NCBI GenBank assembly: GCA_963719315.1
Contig: CAVRBU010000005.1
Span: 64,001-128,000, forward strand
Source: an uncultured Planctomycetota bacterium
GTDB taxonomy: Bacteria > Planctomycetota > Planctomycetia > Pirellulales > Lacipirellulaceae
Length of the DNA: 64,000 nucleotides
Direction: 5' to 3'
A program made the translations under genes and the position numbers. Positions 1 to 10,444 of the stretch are shown here, one piece after another. The notes beneath the pieces are model-generated. The model did not search any database. It saw nothing but the letters and a program-made list of their open reading frames with translations, and was not told the DNA's origin. Each line of letters begins with the position of its first letter. Within the stretch, counting starts at the first letter, position 1.

Positions 1-578
1 AAAATCAGCCAAGGCGTTCCCATTGCAAACAGATTTCCGAAAAAGCTCTTGGCGCTGAACAGACGGGTACGCTCGTGGTAGTCGCCCGACATTTCCATTC
101 CGAGCGCTCCATGAGGGATTTCAAAGATCGTGGTGGCCGTAAAGAATATGAGCAGGCCACCGAGGATGTAGGCGAGTTGGAACCAGTTGTAGGCAGCCTC
201 CGTGGGGAATAGAGCTCTGGACCAGCTGCCGCGGGGTACCCACCACATGGCGACGAAGCTCAGCGCGACGGCGATGCCACCTAGAAGAATGTAAGGACGT
301 CGCCGCCCCCAGCGAGTTCGCGTGTTGTCGGAAAGGTGCCCCATGATCGGATCAGAGATCGCGTCCCATAAGCGGGGAACGATCATGATCGTCCCCAACC
401 AGAACGCGCTGAGTCCGAGCGAGATATTTCCGAGCAAGCCCATAAGCTGCCCGGCAATGTTAAAGAGGGCAATCGGGATCAAGCCTCCCATGCCGTAGGC
501 GACCAGTTGGTTCCAGTGGACACGGTCCTCCGCCGCATTCGTGTGCCGCTGGCGGGCCGCTATATGGGGTAGTGTCAT
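1..578 (-). CDS. GPH/MelB-family (MFS) glycoside:cation symporter, N-terminal part (runs off window)
   Basis: Hand translation from ATG at 578: MTLPHIAAR...LVAYGMGG...PRLWDAISDPIMGHLSDNTRTRWGRRRPYIL, the GPH-family signature. Confidence 0.9.
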   Translation of the reverse strand, partial: MTLPHIAARQRHTNAAEDRVHWNQLVAYGMGGLIPIALFNIAGQLMGLLGNISLGLSAFWLGTIMIVPRLWDAISDPIMGHLSDNTRTRWGRRRPYILLGGIAVALSFVAMWWVPRGSWSRALFPTEAAYNWFQLAYILGGLLIFFTATTIFEIPHGALGMEMSGDYHERTRLFSAKSFFGNLFAMGTPWLI

Positions 579-793
579 CGGTGTCAGGAACTGGTTGGCG
601 TCATTGAAATCGCGGCCAAATGCTCAATGTGGATGAAGAGCTTTTGTACTCAACTGGAATTGCGAGGCTCCTGCCGAGTCGGAGGATTTGGCGCACCAGC
701 AGTCTGCCCACGCCGAATTCAGACGTAGTTACGTTGAATCCCGACAAGGTACTCGCCACGGCCCGACTCAATGATTAAGCTAAGAGAATGGAC

Positions 794-807
794 TGAAAGC
801 GCTTGCG
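794..807. promoter_or_regulatory. LacI-family operator, copy 1
   Basis: TGAAAGCGCTTGCG, palindrome-like with central CG, between divergent transporter and GH94 genes. Confidence 0.7.
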
Positions 808-847
808 GTCCCTACCGACTAGGGTTTTACCACATCGGCGACACATT

Positions 848-3800
848 ATGAAGCCAGCTTCAGCCAGTAGTATTCCGAGACGCCGCGCCTCCCCCTCTGT
901 TGAATGGTCAAGGGAACTACCATCGCAGGTCGTTTCACTTTCAAATGGCCATTACACAGTTCGGCTCAGCGAGGTCGGAAGCGGCTACTCTGAATGCCGC
1001 GGGGCGGCAGTAACGCGATGGACAGGGGATGAAACCTGCGATGCCGACGGGTTTCATATCTATTTGCAAGACCTGGAGATCGACCATGTCTGGTCGGCCG
1101 GCTATCAGCCGACTCGCGAGGCTGCTCAGCAATACGATTTCCATTGTGAGCGCGGTGTGGCAGAAATCGTGCGGCTAGACAGTGGCATCGAATGTCGCCT
1201 GACGGTGTGTGTTTCACCACAGTACGATTTCGAGATTCGTCGCTGCCAATTGACGAATCTGGGTGAGGGGAGGCGCCGCCTCAGCATTACGAGCTACTTG
1301 GAGTGGGTGCTCGGCAACCGTGACGCCGACGCCAACCACCCGGCGTTTTCAAAGCTGTTTGTCGAAACCGACTTCTGCGCGGAGCACAGGGCAATCCTGG
1401 CCAGGCGTCGCCCGCGGCATGGTGGTGAGACTGATTGTTGGGGGTTTCATGCCGTGATTGGCGGCCCCGCCGCGGATCAGCAAGGCCCAATCGAATTTGA
1501 GACGAATCGTGCCAGATTCATCGGCCGTGGCCACACCATCGCGCGGCCCAAAGCAATAGTACCGGGCGCGATTCTGAGTGGTGACAGGGGGTCGGTGCTC
1601 GACCCGATCGCTTCTCTGCGAGTTGCTCTCGAACTCAAAGCAAACGAATCACAAGTAGTCGCGTTCGTGCTGGGCGCGGCACCGAACCGGGCTGAGGTCG
1701 CTCGATCTCTCGAAGTGACACGAAATATGGCCGATGTGGAGCGCGTTTTTAATGAGGTCCGTTCGTCCAGCTTATTAGACGATTTTCAGCGCGACCCAAT
1801 TTGGCCGACGAATGGTAGTGGCAAACCAGAGCGTGTAATAATTCATTCGCCGCATCGGTCCCAGCGAACTTCCGCCGCTGTAGCCCCAGAAATCTCATAC
1901 TTGCCAGCCGGCGTCGAGGCATTGGAAGGCCAACCTGGCGGCTCCGACACCCGGCAACCGTTGCAATTTGAAAACGGCTATGGCGGGTTCTCTGCGGATG
2001 GCCGTGAATACGTCATTCGCCTCTCGCCTGAGGGTCGAGAAGGTTCTCGTCGCCCTCCCCTACCATGGATCAATGTAATCGCCAACGAGCATGCGGGGTT
2101 TCTCGTCACCGAAAGCGGGGCCGGCTATACCTGGTCCGGCAATAGCCGATTAAATCGGCTTACCGCCTGGCATAATGATCCCGTGACCGATCCGCACAGT
2201 GAGGCCCTCTGGATTCGGGACGAAGACGCCGGCGTTTTCTGGTCGCCATTGCCGGGTCCAACACCCGCCGCGAGCGAATACCTTGTGCGTCATGGTTTCG
2301 GCTACACGACGTTCGAGCATGAAAGTCATGGCCTTTTGCAAGAAACGACTTTGTTCGTAGCTGCTGACGAACCCGTGAAACTCACTCGGATTCGGCTCGT
2401 GAATCGCAGTAACCGCACGCGCCGCTTGTCGCTCTTTTCATATTTACATTGGGCGCTTGGCGGGCTTGCCGGCGAAAGCTCGGGCCAGATCGATACTGAG
2501 TATGATGCCAATGAGCAAGTGATTTGGGCAACGAACCCTAACCGGGAGCACTATGGTGGCTGCGTTGCCTTTTCAACTCTACGAATTGATGGTTCTCCCC
2601 AAGACGATTCCGTCGCCTTCTCTTGTGATCGAGCCTCTTTCCTAGGGCGTGACGGCGACGCCCGATCGCCGGCGGCAATCGCGAAGGACTTAGAGCTTGA
2701 TCGTCGCGCTGGAAGCGAGCTTGATCCATGCGCCGCGTGGCAGGTATCGATTGAATTGCCACCAGATCGGGAATTCGAATGCACGTATCTACTTGGTGAA
2801 ACAGTCGATCGCGTTACGGCCGCCAGGCTGATCGACAAATTTGGCAACAAGGAGTTGGTGCAGCAGGCGTTGAGTCAGGTGAAAGCGTTTTGGCGCGATG
2901 CGGTTTCGGGAATCACTATTGAAACTCCGGACCGCGAAATCGACCTGCTGGTGAACGGCTGGCTGGTATACCAAAACCTGAGTTGCCGGATTTGGGGACG
3001 GTCGGCCTATTATCAGTCGGGGGGCGCTTTTGGCTTTCGAGATCAGCTTCAAGACGCGGCCGCCTTGGTTTACCATTGCCCGGAAATTACGCGCTCGCAA
3101 ATTCTTCGGCACGCAGCCCAGCAATTCGATGAAGGGGACGTCCTGCACTGGTGGCACCCCGATACGGGCTATGGTTTGCGTACACGATTTTCCGATGACC
3201 TCCTCTGGATGCCGTTCGTCACGGCCGACTACATACAAAAATCAGGCGATGTGGCGATTCTTCAGGAAGAATTGCCATTCCTCACGGCGGCTCGACTTGC
3301 CGATGGGCAAGCGGAGGTCTATCTTCGCCCGGCTCCTTCGGGAAAGAGGGCCACGCTGTATGAGCATTGTTGTCGGGCGTTGGACCTCGGCCTGACTAGT
3401 GGACAACATGGGCTGCCGTTAATCGGTTGCGGCGATTGGAATGATGGTTTCAGCCGAGTCGGCCATTTGGGCCGCGGTGAGAGCGTCTGGCTTGGGTTTT
3501 TCATTGATTATGTTCTCGAGCGTATGCTGCCTATTTGTAGTCAGCACGGCGATCAACCGCGGGTTGCGCAATACACGGCCTATCGCGAACGGCTTCGTGC
3601 CGCGCTCGACTCGGCCGGCTGGGACGGCGCCTGGTTCCGCCGTGCATATTACGACAATGGCCAGCCAATTGGCTCGGCAACGAGCGATGAATGCCAAATT
3701 GATGCGCTGGTTCAAGCCTGGGCCGTTCTATCGGGCATCGCTTCCGGGGAACGCGCCGAAAATGCGGTGCAGGCGGTGGAGGATCGCCTCGTCTGCAATG

Positions 3801-4414
3801 AGGCAGCCCTGATCCGCTTACTGACGCCGGCTTTCAACAGCACGCCGAACGATCCCGGTTATATCAAAGGTTACTTGCCGGGCATTCGAGAAAACGGCGG
3901 GCAATACACGCACGGCGTGTTGTGGTTCGTCCGCGCGATGGCCGAGTTGGGCCACGGCAGCCGGGCTGTCGAATTGCTGCGAATGCTGACGCCGATTTGG
4001 CACACGCGCAGCAAGGCCGAGGCCGACACGTATCAAACCGAGCCGTATGTCGTGGCGGCGGATGTGTACGGCGAGCCGCCGCATGTCGGCCGCGGCGGCT
4101 GGACGTGGTACACGGGTTCCGCCGGATGGATGTTTCGCGTCGCCGTGGAATCGATTCTCGGTTTCACAACGGAAAATGGCGACACGATCGTCATGAATCC
4201 CTCGATCTCCGCCACTTGGCCAAAATTCCGGCTCAACTATCGATTGCCGGATGGGAAGACGTGTTTTGAGATCGCGGTAGAGAACCCGTATGGCAAGGAA
4301 CGGGGCGTTACTTCCGCGACGCTCGATGGTCAACCGGTCGCCGTTGTCGATGGATCGGCGCGCATCCCTCTGCTGCACGACGGCAAATCGCACCGCGTGA
4401 TCGTTCGTCTATAA
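848..4414 (+). CDS. GH94 glycoside phosphorylase (resembles C-terminal part of cyclic beta-1,2-glucan synthase Cgs/NdvB)
   Basis: Two tandem GH94 N-terminal-like modules (HPAFSKLFVET; RLTAWHNDPVTD) plus catalytic motifs QSGGAFGFRDQLQD, GDWNDG, ENGGQYTHG, RGGWTWYTGSAGW; ATG 848 preferred over TTG 803. Confidence 0.9.
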   Translation: MKPASASSIPRRRASPSVEWSRELPSQVVSLSNGHYTVRLSEVGSGYSECRGAAVTRWTGDETCDADGFHIYLQDLEIDHVWSAGYQPTREAAQQYDFHCERGVAEIVRLDSGIECRLTVCVSPQYDFEIRRCQLTNLGEGRRRLSITSYLEWVLGNRDADANHPAFSKLFVETDFCAEHRAILARRRPRHGGETDCWGFHAVIGGPAADQQGPIEFETNRARFIGRGHTIARPKAIVPGAILSGDRGSVLDPIASLRVALELKANESQVVAFVLGAAPNRAEVARSLEVTRNMADVERVFNEVRSSSLLDDFQRDPIWPTNGSGKPERVIIHSPHRSQRTSAAVAPEISYLPAGVEALEGQPGGSDTRQPLQFENGYGGFSADGREYVIRLSPEGREGSRRPPLPWINVIANEHAGFLVTESGAGYTWSGNSRLNRLTAWHNDPVTDPHSEALWIRDEDAGVFWSPLPGPTPAASEYLVRHGFGYTTFEHESHGLLQETTLFVAADEPVKLTRIRLVNRSNRTRRLSLFSYLHWALGGLAGESSGQIDTEYDANEQVIWATNPNREHYGGCVAFSTLRIDGSPQDDSVAFSCDRASFLGRDGDARSPAAIAKDLELDRRAGSELDPCAAWQVSIELPPDREFECTYLLGETVDRVTAARLIDKFGNKELVQQALSQVKAFWRDAVSGITIETPDREIDLLVNGWLVYQNLSCRIWGRSAYYQSGGAFGFRDQLQDAAALVYHCPEITRSQILRHAAQQFDEGDVLHWWHPDTGYGLRTRFSDDLLWMPFVTADYIQKSGDVAILQEELPFLTAARLADGQAEVYLRPAPSGKRATLYEHCCRALDLGLTSGQHGLPLIGCGDWNDGFSRVGHLGRGESVWLGFFIDYVLERMLPICSQHGDQPRVAQYTAYRERLRAALDSAGWDGAWFRRAYYDNGQPIGSATSDECQIDALVQAWAVLSGIASGERAENAVQAVEDRLVCNEAALIRLLTPAFNSTPNDPGYIKGYLPGIRENGGQYTHGVLWFVRAMAELGHGSRAVELLRMLTPIWHTRSKAEADTYQTEPYVVAADVYGEPPHVGRGGWTWYTGSAGWMFRVAVESILGFTTENGDTIVMNPSISATWPKFRLNYRLPDGKTCFEIAVENPYGKERGVTSATLDGQPVAVVDGSARIPLLHDGKSHRVIVRL

Positions 4415-4422
4415 TCCGGCTC

Positions 4423-5795
4423 GTGAGTGTTTCCTTGTCCGACCACGCTTTTCCCGCCGGTTTTCTTTGGGGCGCCGCCACAAGTGCCTATCAAATCGAG
4501 GGCTCGCCTCTTGCCGATGGGGCAGGCGAAAGCATTTGGCATCGCTTCGCCCATACATCGGGAAACATTGTTGCGGACCAGCACGGCGACAACGCCTGCG
4601 ATCACTATCGGCGATTTTTGGACGACATCGCCTTGATGCGCGACTTGGGAATCCGCGCGTATCGCTTCAGCACTAGTTGGTCTCGCGTAATGCCCGAAGG
4701 AACGGGCAAAGTGAACACCGCCGGGCTGGATTTCTATAAGCGCCTGGTGGATTCGCTCGTTGAGCATGAAATTCAGCCGATGGCCACGCTCTATCATTGG
4801 GATTTGCCGCAGGCGCTTGAAGATCGGGGTGGTTGGGCAAACGCTGAGTCGATCGATTGGTTCGCCCAATATGCGGAGCTAATGTACCGAACATTCGATG
4901 ATCGCATCAAATTGTGGGCGACGATCAACGAGCCGTGGGTAATCGTGGACCAAGGCTACGTGGAGGGTCGGCACGCGCCGGGACATCGTGATTGGGCCGA
5001 AGCGGCACGCGTGTCAAAAAACTTGTTGAAGGCGCATGCTGCGGCCGTGTCCGCGTATCGTTCCATTGGAAAACATTCAATCGGGCTCGTCGTCAATTTG
5101 GTTCCGATCCATCCCGCAACGGCAAGCGAAGCAGACCGTCAGGCGGCGAAGCGGTTAGACACCTATTTCAATCATCAGTTTCTCGACCCCGTTTTGCTCG
5201 GCGAGCAGCCGAGCGCGCTACCCAAAATGTTCGGCTCCGCGTGGCCCGAGTGGACAACCGAAGAACTACAACAAGTCAGGCAGCCCATCGATTTTGTGGG
5301 GATCAACTACTACCTACGATTGGTGGTCTGCGACGATCCGACAACGGGCCCCGCCCGCGCCGCGCGGTAACGCAGCCCAACTGTCCGCGCACGGCGACGG
5401 ATTGGGAGATTTATCCGTCCGGCCTGCTTGAAACTCTTCAATGGGTGCAGGCACGTTACGGCAATCTGCCGCTGTATGTCACGGAAAACGGCGCCGCTTT
5501 CGACGATGTTCTGTTGCCAAATGATCGCGTGGATGACCGCCAGCGTATAGAATACTTGCGTAGCCACTTGCGTGCCGCTCAGCGAGCGATCGAGGCCGGC
5601 GTCGATTTGCGCGGCTATTTTGTCTGGTCTCTGTTGGACAATTTCGAGTGGCAATCCGGCTTTTCCAAGCGCTTCGGCATCGTGTACGTGGATTTTGAAA
5701 CTCAGCGACGTGTGCCGAAAGCCTCCGCTCGTTTTTATACCAACGTGATTCGCGGCAACGGCGCCGTTTTAGCAGGTTCATCGAATGACTCGTAA
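4423..5795 (+). CDS. GH1 beta-glucosidase, frameshifted near 5360-5370
   Basis: FPAGFLWGAATSAYQIEG and TINEP in ORF 4423-5370; YVTENG and WSLLDNFEW in the overlapping frame ending 5795. Confidence 0.9.
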
Positions 5796-7266
5796 GTGTC
5801 TTGCAGTATTGTTGTTCGTTCTCGCGCTGACCGCGACGGCCCGGGCGCAGGACCTCAACGCCGTACGCGACGACCAAATCAATCGGCTGAAAAACTACGT
5901 CGTTGATTCGATTCTGCCATCGGGATTAGTGCGCGATTCTCTGGTACTCAACGGAACCAGCTTCCACCCGGCGACTCCCGATGCCGCCGGCTTCGCGCTG
6001 CTAGGGCTTAGCGCACTCGACCATTTGGGTAAGCTCCCGGATGCCGAGCAGCGAGTGATGAATATCCTCTCGTCCTACGCTGGCCAGACTCCTGGGGTAA
6101 CGCCGGCCCGCTCCGCCGATGGCCACTTCATTCACTTCATGAACATCAACACTGGCGCCCCACAGGGCGGCGGATGGGATGCGTCTTACACTCCAATTGG
6201 CACGGCGCTATTGGTCTCCGGCGCCCAGTTTGCGAAAAACCAATTTGCTGGCAACGCGACGATCGCTTCACTTGCGGACCAACTAACTAACAGCGTCAAT
6301 TTCAACGCGGCCATCCATCCAAGCCTCGACGGCCGCATCTTTCTGGACCAGACCGTCGCCGGTGGCGGCGCGGGCGGTGCAGTAAAGCCGTGGAACGAGT
6401 TCATGCTCGTCGAAAGTTTGGCGTTGCGTGAAACCAACAACGCCCGGGCACTAGCGGTCAAGCATCTCTGGTTGGATACCAACAACATTCCGCAAATATC
6501 TTACGCCGGCATTCCCACGCTCACCGATAATCCCGGCCGATACGCGCCCGCCTTTTGGGTGCAACAGATGCATTTCTTCAACGGCGACTTCCTGCACAGC
6601 ACGGAGTTCGAAACGTTCTTCACGAACCAGCAACTCGCCGACAAGGCCTATTCCAGCGGCGCCCTTGGCCAGGCATATCGCTATGGCCTCACCGCCGGAG
6701 TCAGTCCCAGCGGCGGTTATCAAGTGGATCGAATCCTCGACCAACATAATGTGTTCTCGCCGGAGGCCGTAGCCGCTTGGGGAGATATGGATACCCTGCT
6801 GCAGTTCCATGCCGCACAGGCCCTTCCAGCAAACGACCCACGCTACAAGTACGGCTTGCTGCGCGTTCTGTCGACGAATCCAAGCCTGACGCCCAACGAC
6901 GCGGGATTGGTGGACCATTTGTTTTTGCTATTCGGCCTGGTGGAGAGTCTCGACCCGAACTTCTTCGCGGACCGCGTTTTTCCGGGTTTGGCACCCGCCG
7001 ACTACAACGCCGATGGCGTTGTGGACGCCGGTGATTACGGTGAATGGAGAAAGACTTTCGGCTCGCAAACGCAGTTATGGGCGGACGGGAATGGGGACGG
7101 TGGCATCGACGCCTCCGACTATGTCGTTTGGCGGAAAGGATTGTCGTCACCGGCCCCCGCAGCGGCCGCCAGTGTGCCGGAGCCAAATTCGCTCTTATCC
7201 ATGACCATCATGGGACAAGCGATAATTCTCCTGTCGGGGGGGCTGCGGCGGCGTTTTGCCGTCTAA
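5785..7266 (+). CDS. Secreted GH144/SGL-clan-like (alpha/alpha)6 protein + dockerin-like repeat + PEP-CTERM
   Basis: Signal peptide; SGLVRD, AAGFALLG, GHFIHFMNINTG, TALL, WNE motifs in the same order as in GH144; DYNADGVVDAGDY / ADGNGDGGIDASDY; VPEP-TM-RRR. Confidence 0.65.
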   Translation: MTRKCLAVLLFVLALTATARAQDLNAVRDDQINRLKNYVVDSILPSGLVRDSLVLNGTSFHPATPDAAGFALLGLSALDHLGKLPDAEQRVMNILSSYAGQTPGVTPARSADGHFIHFMNINTGAPQGGGWDASYTPIGTALLVSGAQFAKNQFAGNATIASLADQLTNSVNFNAAIHPSLDGRIFLDQTVAGGGAGGAVKPWNEFMLVESLALRETNNARALAVKHLWLDTNNIPQISYAGIPTLTDNPGRYAPAFWVQQMHFFNGDFLHSTEFETFFTNQQLADKAYSSGALGQAYRYGLTAGVSPSGGYQVDRILDQHNVFSPEAVAAWGDMDTLLQFHAAQALPANDPRYKYGLLRVLSTNPSLTPNDAGLVDHLFLLFGLVESLDPNFFADRVFPGLAPADYNADGVVDAGDYGEWRKTFGSQTQLWADGNGDGGIDASDYVVWRKGLSSPAPAAAASVPEPNSLLSMTIMGQAIILLSGGLRRRFAV

Positions 7267-7290
7267 TAAATTAGTGGTGGAAAAAAGTTA

Positions 7291-7328
7291 TGAAAGCGCT
7301 TGCATTCCTTGAATGCCAGCGCTAAAAT
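7291..7328 (+). promoter_or_regulatory. LacI-family operator copy 2 overlapping a sigma70 promoter
   Basis: TGAAAGCGCTTGCA (7291-7304); TTGCAT-N17-TAAAAT (7300-7328); weaker site TGCCAGCGCTAAAA at 7314-7327. Confidence 0.7.
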
Positions 7329-7382
7329 GCAGCGGGCGGTCGGTCTCGACGACTGCGTCTTCTAACAGCGGAGCATCTCGTC

Positions 7383-8498
7383 ATGGCGGCGAATCGTGTC
7401 GGTTGGAATCGTGGCTTTACGCTCGTCGAGCTATTGGTCGTCATTGCGATCATCGGCATTTTGGTCGCCTTGCTGCTCCCTGCGGTTCAGGCCGCGCGCG
7501 AGGCGGCACGACGCACGCAGTGTAAGAACAATCTCAAGAATATCGGTCTTTCGATTCTTAACTTCTATGATTCATATAAAACGTTTCCCACTGGCGGAAC
7601 GGAGCCGAATCCCACACTTGAAAACTATCTCCAGGATACGTATTCGCAGCCGAACACCTTTCTTCGTAAAGGGCCGGCTAATGGACCGCTGGAGCAAGGC
7701 CTGGGCTGGATGTATCAGATCTTGCCATATTTGGAGGAAGGGGCGGTCAAGGACGTCACACGAACAAGTCAGCTTACGAAGATTGCGATACCACTCTACA
7801 ACTGCCCTTCGCGGCGGGGAGTAACATTTCATAATCAATCGGGTATTTCGCTTGTCGATTACGCGGCAACTGTGGCTGGACCGCCACGTTCCGAAATCGG
7901 TGACACAGAATTCAATAAGTATGTGAACGACCCTGCGCCCTATCCATACTTCAAGAGCAAGCAGGCCGATATCTTTTGGGGCTGCCCAGGCTGCTCTCAG
8001 AGTCAGGGACGCGGGCTGGGCGATCTAAAATCCAAGGTGACGGCTGGACTGAGACCCCAGTTTCGGGGCGTCATCCAGCGCACGGATTGGATGTACACGC
8101 CGTCTCCGGGGTACCACATTGGGTTCACAGGAAAAATGACGTTCGCCAAAATCACCGATGGAACGAGCAAAACCATTCTCGTTGGAGAAAAGTGGGTTCA
8201 TTACAGTTTGGTCGAAGGAACCGGCGGACAAGCGGATGACCGGGGTTGGACCGACGGCTGGGATTTTGACGCCCAACGCTCGACGCTGATTCATCCGCGT
8301 TCCGACGGTGAAAACCCCCCGCCAGACGGTACACCGGATGATCCGTCAAATTATCCGCTCGGTTCTGCCCATTCGGGAGGAATCAACGTGGCATTTGCGG
8401 ATGGATCGGTTAGCTTCATTCCTTATGAAGTCGACTTGGAGACCCTGAACAGACTTGGGAACCGCCAGGATGGGGAGATTATTTCGCAAGGGTTTTGA
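7383..8498 (+). CDS. DUF1559 protein (prepilin-type N-terminus, H-X9-DG motif)
   Basis: [56 protein letters not shown]. Confidence 0.95.
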   Translation: MAANRVGWNRGFTLVELLVVIAIIGILVALLLPAVQAAREAARRTQCKNNLKNIGLSILNFYDSYKTFPTGGTEPNPTLENYLQDTYSQPNTFLRKGPANGPLEQGLGWMYQILPYLEEGAVKDVTRTSQLTKIAIPLYNCPSRRGVTFHNQSGISLVDYAATVAGPPRSEIGDTEFNKYVNDPAPYPYFKSKQADIFWGCPGCSQSQGRGLGDLKSKVTAGLRPQFRGVIQRTDWMYTPSPGYHIGFTGKMTFAKITDGTSKTILVGEKWVHYSLVEGTGGQADDRGWTDGWDFDAQRSTLIHPRSDGENPPPDGTPDDPSNYPLGSAHSGGINVAFADGSVSFIPYEVDLETLNRLGNRQDGEIISQGF

Positions 8499-8571
8499 TC
8501 GTGGCGGTCGCTGCTGGCGTAATGTTGCCCGCAGCCGGAAAGAAAAAAATCCAGGCATTTTGATTCAATGG

Positions 8572-8626
8572 TTGACAGTTTTGCGATAATCAATTACGCT
8601 GAATATCGCGATGAGAGCGCTTTCAT
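8572..8626 (+). promoter_or_regulatory. sigma70 promoter followed by LacI-family operator copy 3
   Basis: TTGACA-N17-TACGCT (8572-8600) then near-perfect palindrome ATGAGAGCGCTTTCAT (8611-8626). Confidence 0.75.
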
Positions 8627-8700
8627 AGAATCGCCTTCGGCTGCTTCGTGAACGACTAGGCGTTCGGGAAAATAAAATGCCGCTTTTGGAGACACTTACT

Positions 8701-10200
8701 ATGAGAGCAATTTGGAAACAAGCGGTTTTCTTGGCGGCCTTGACACTCGTGGCTTTCGGGATCGTCTATTCCTCTGCGCTGGCGGCGGATGTTTTGCTCG
8801 ATGGCGGCTTGGAATTGTCCGCTGGGCCGGCGAGCTGGACGCTCACGCAGTCGATCACGGGCGAGCCCGGACTGCCTGTGAGTGCGGTCGAACAGCTTGA
8901 CGCGGGCAATGAACCCATGCCCGTCGAGGGTGAACTCGGCATGCTGTTTAAGTCGACGACGGGAAACAACGGTGTCTATGCAGGAGAGAATAAGGCGGTC
9001 AACGCGAGCATGTCGCAAACCGTCGCTGTCGGCGCCAACCGGACCTTCACGTTTACAGGGCATTCGTTCTTCCAGGCGGACTCTTCCGCCATCGTCGACA
9101 CGCTGGGCGAATTAACGCCTTTGGGCGACTACAACCTGAACACGGTCGTAGATGCCGCGGATTACATCATTTGGCGCGATACGCTCGGCTCGACAACCGA
9201 TTTCCGCGCCAACGGCACCAACGAAGGCGCAAGCTTGGACGTCATTGATCAGGCCGACTACGATTATTGGAGGTCCCGGTTCGGCAACGCTGGGCACGTG
9301 GCCGGCGTCCCCTCGCCCACGCAATCCTTCTTTAAGGTCGAGTTCCTCAACGCGAGCAACGTAGTCCTGAGCACTCCGGTCAACATCGACCTCCGCAGTG
9401 ATCCAACGACCGAAGCCTGGCGAACGGAGACGCAGGCGGGCATCGTCTCTCCGGCCGGCACCACGCAGGCGCGGGTCACGGCCGGCGCGACCAACATGGT
9501 GGCCAATTGTTCGGTTTGCACGGCGGGCCAGGACTTCTTTTTCGACAATTTCTCGCTACAGCAAACGTCCGTTCCATTCGCTGGTGAAAAGCTGGTCAAC
9601 GGCAACCTGAACACGCTCGGCGCACCGGCGGATTGGGTCATCGAAAAAACTGCTCAAGACAACCTTTCGTTTGCTGGTGCGGCGAGCTTTGCCGCTCACA
9701 CTGGCAGCGTGGGTATGTGGCTGCGTTCGTTCAATGCCGGCGATGCCGAAATATTGCAGACCGTCGCTGCCACAGCGGGCGCTGACTACGACTTTTCCGC
9801 CTGGGTCAAATTGCAGGGTGGATACTCTGGATTCGATCCGCTGTCGTCCACGATGACATTTATGACGATGGAGTTTCTCGACGCCGCGAGCACCGTGATT
9901 GGAACAGAGACACTGGACCTCGACGCCGTGGTGCCATATCCCACCGATCCGCAAGGGGAATGGAATCAATTCTTCCTCAATAGTACCGCGCCGGCTAACA
10001 CGGTTAGCGTACGCGTCTCCGTGGGGGCGACCGGCATGGCTGATACCACCATCAATCCGCAGTCGGCGTTTTTCGACGATATGGCGCTGCTCGAAACGCT
10101 GCCGGGCGCGGCGAGTCTCGCGGCCGTGCCCGAGCCGAGTTCCGTCCTGCTGCTGGGAATCGCGCTGGGGATGATCGGCGTTGGGCGACGCAGAAGCTAA
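8701..10200 (+). CDS. PEP-CTERM protein with two beta-sandwich-like repeats and an internal dockerin-like repeat
   Basis: Signal peptide, GDYNLNTVVDAADY, C-terminal VPEPSS-TM-RRRS; alternative start 8677. Confidence 0.85.
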   Translation: MRAIWKQAVFLAALTLVAFGIVYSSALAADVLLDGGLELSAGPASWTLTQSITGEPGLPVSAVEQLDAGNEPMPVEGELGMLFKSTTGNNGVYAGENKAVNASMSQTVAVGANRTFTFTGHSFFQADSSAIVDTLGELTPLGDYNLNTVVDAADYIIWRDTLGSTTDFRANGTNEGASLDVIDQADYDYWRSRFGNAGHVAGVPSPTQSFFKVEFLNASNVVLSTPVNIDLRSDPTTEAWRTETQAGIVSPAGTTQARVTAGATNMVANCSVCTAGQDFFFDNFSLQQTSVPFAGEKLVNGNLNTLGAPADWVIEKTAQDNLSFAGAASFAAHTGSVGMWLRSFNAGDAEILQTVAATAGADYDFSAWVKLQGGYSGFDPLSSTMTFMTMEFLDAASTVIGTETLDLDAVVPYPTDPQGEWNQFFLNSTAPANTVSVRVSVGATGMADTTINPQSAFFDDMALLETLPGAASLAAVPEPSSVLLLGIALGMIGVGRRRS

Positions 10201-10444
10201 GGACGAGTTGGGAGAGGTGGATGCAGACCGAGTCGCACGGGAAATCGACAATGTGGAGCGTCTTTTATTGTGGGGGAAACTTTACTTGGGAGGGTCAACG
10301 AGTGAACTGATGTTTGTGAGCCATCAAGTTCCATAATCTTCTTGACTTGATCGAGAAGGTGACAGAGACTAGGTAAGCGCGGGGACTCACGATTGTTTCG
10401 TGAGTGATGAATTGTTACTCTGAGGCACAATGGGAGAAGTTCTA

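Noticed and set aside
803..847. TTG start for GH94
   Set aside because: Falls inside the predicted operator; ATG at 848 is more plausible
5340..5380. Programmed frameshift in GH1 (and other split genes)
   Set aside because: No slippery heptamer at the junction; window-wide indel pattern explains it
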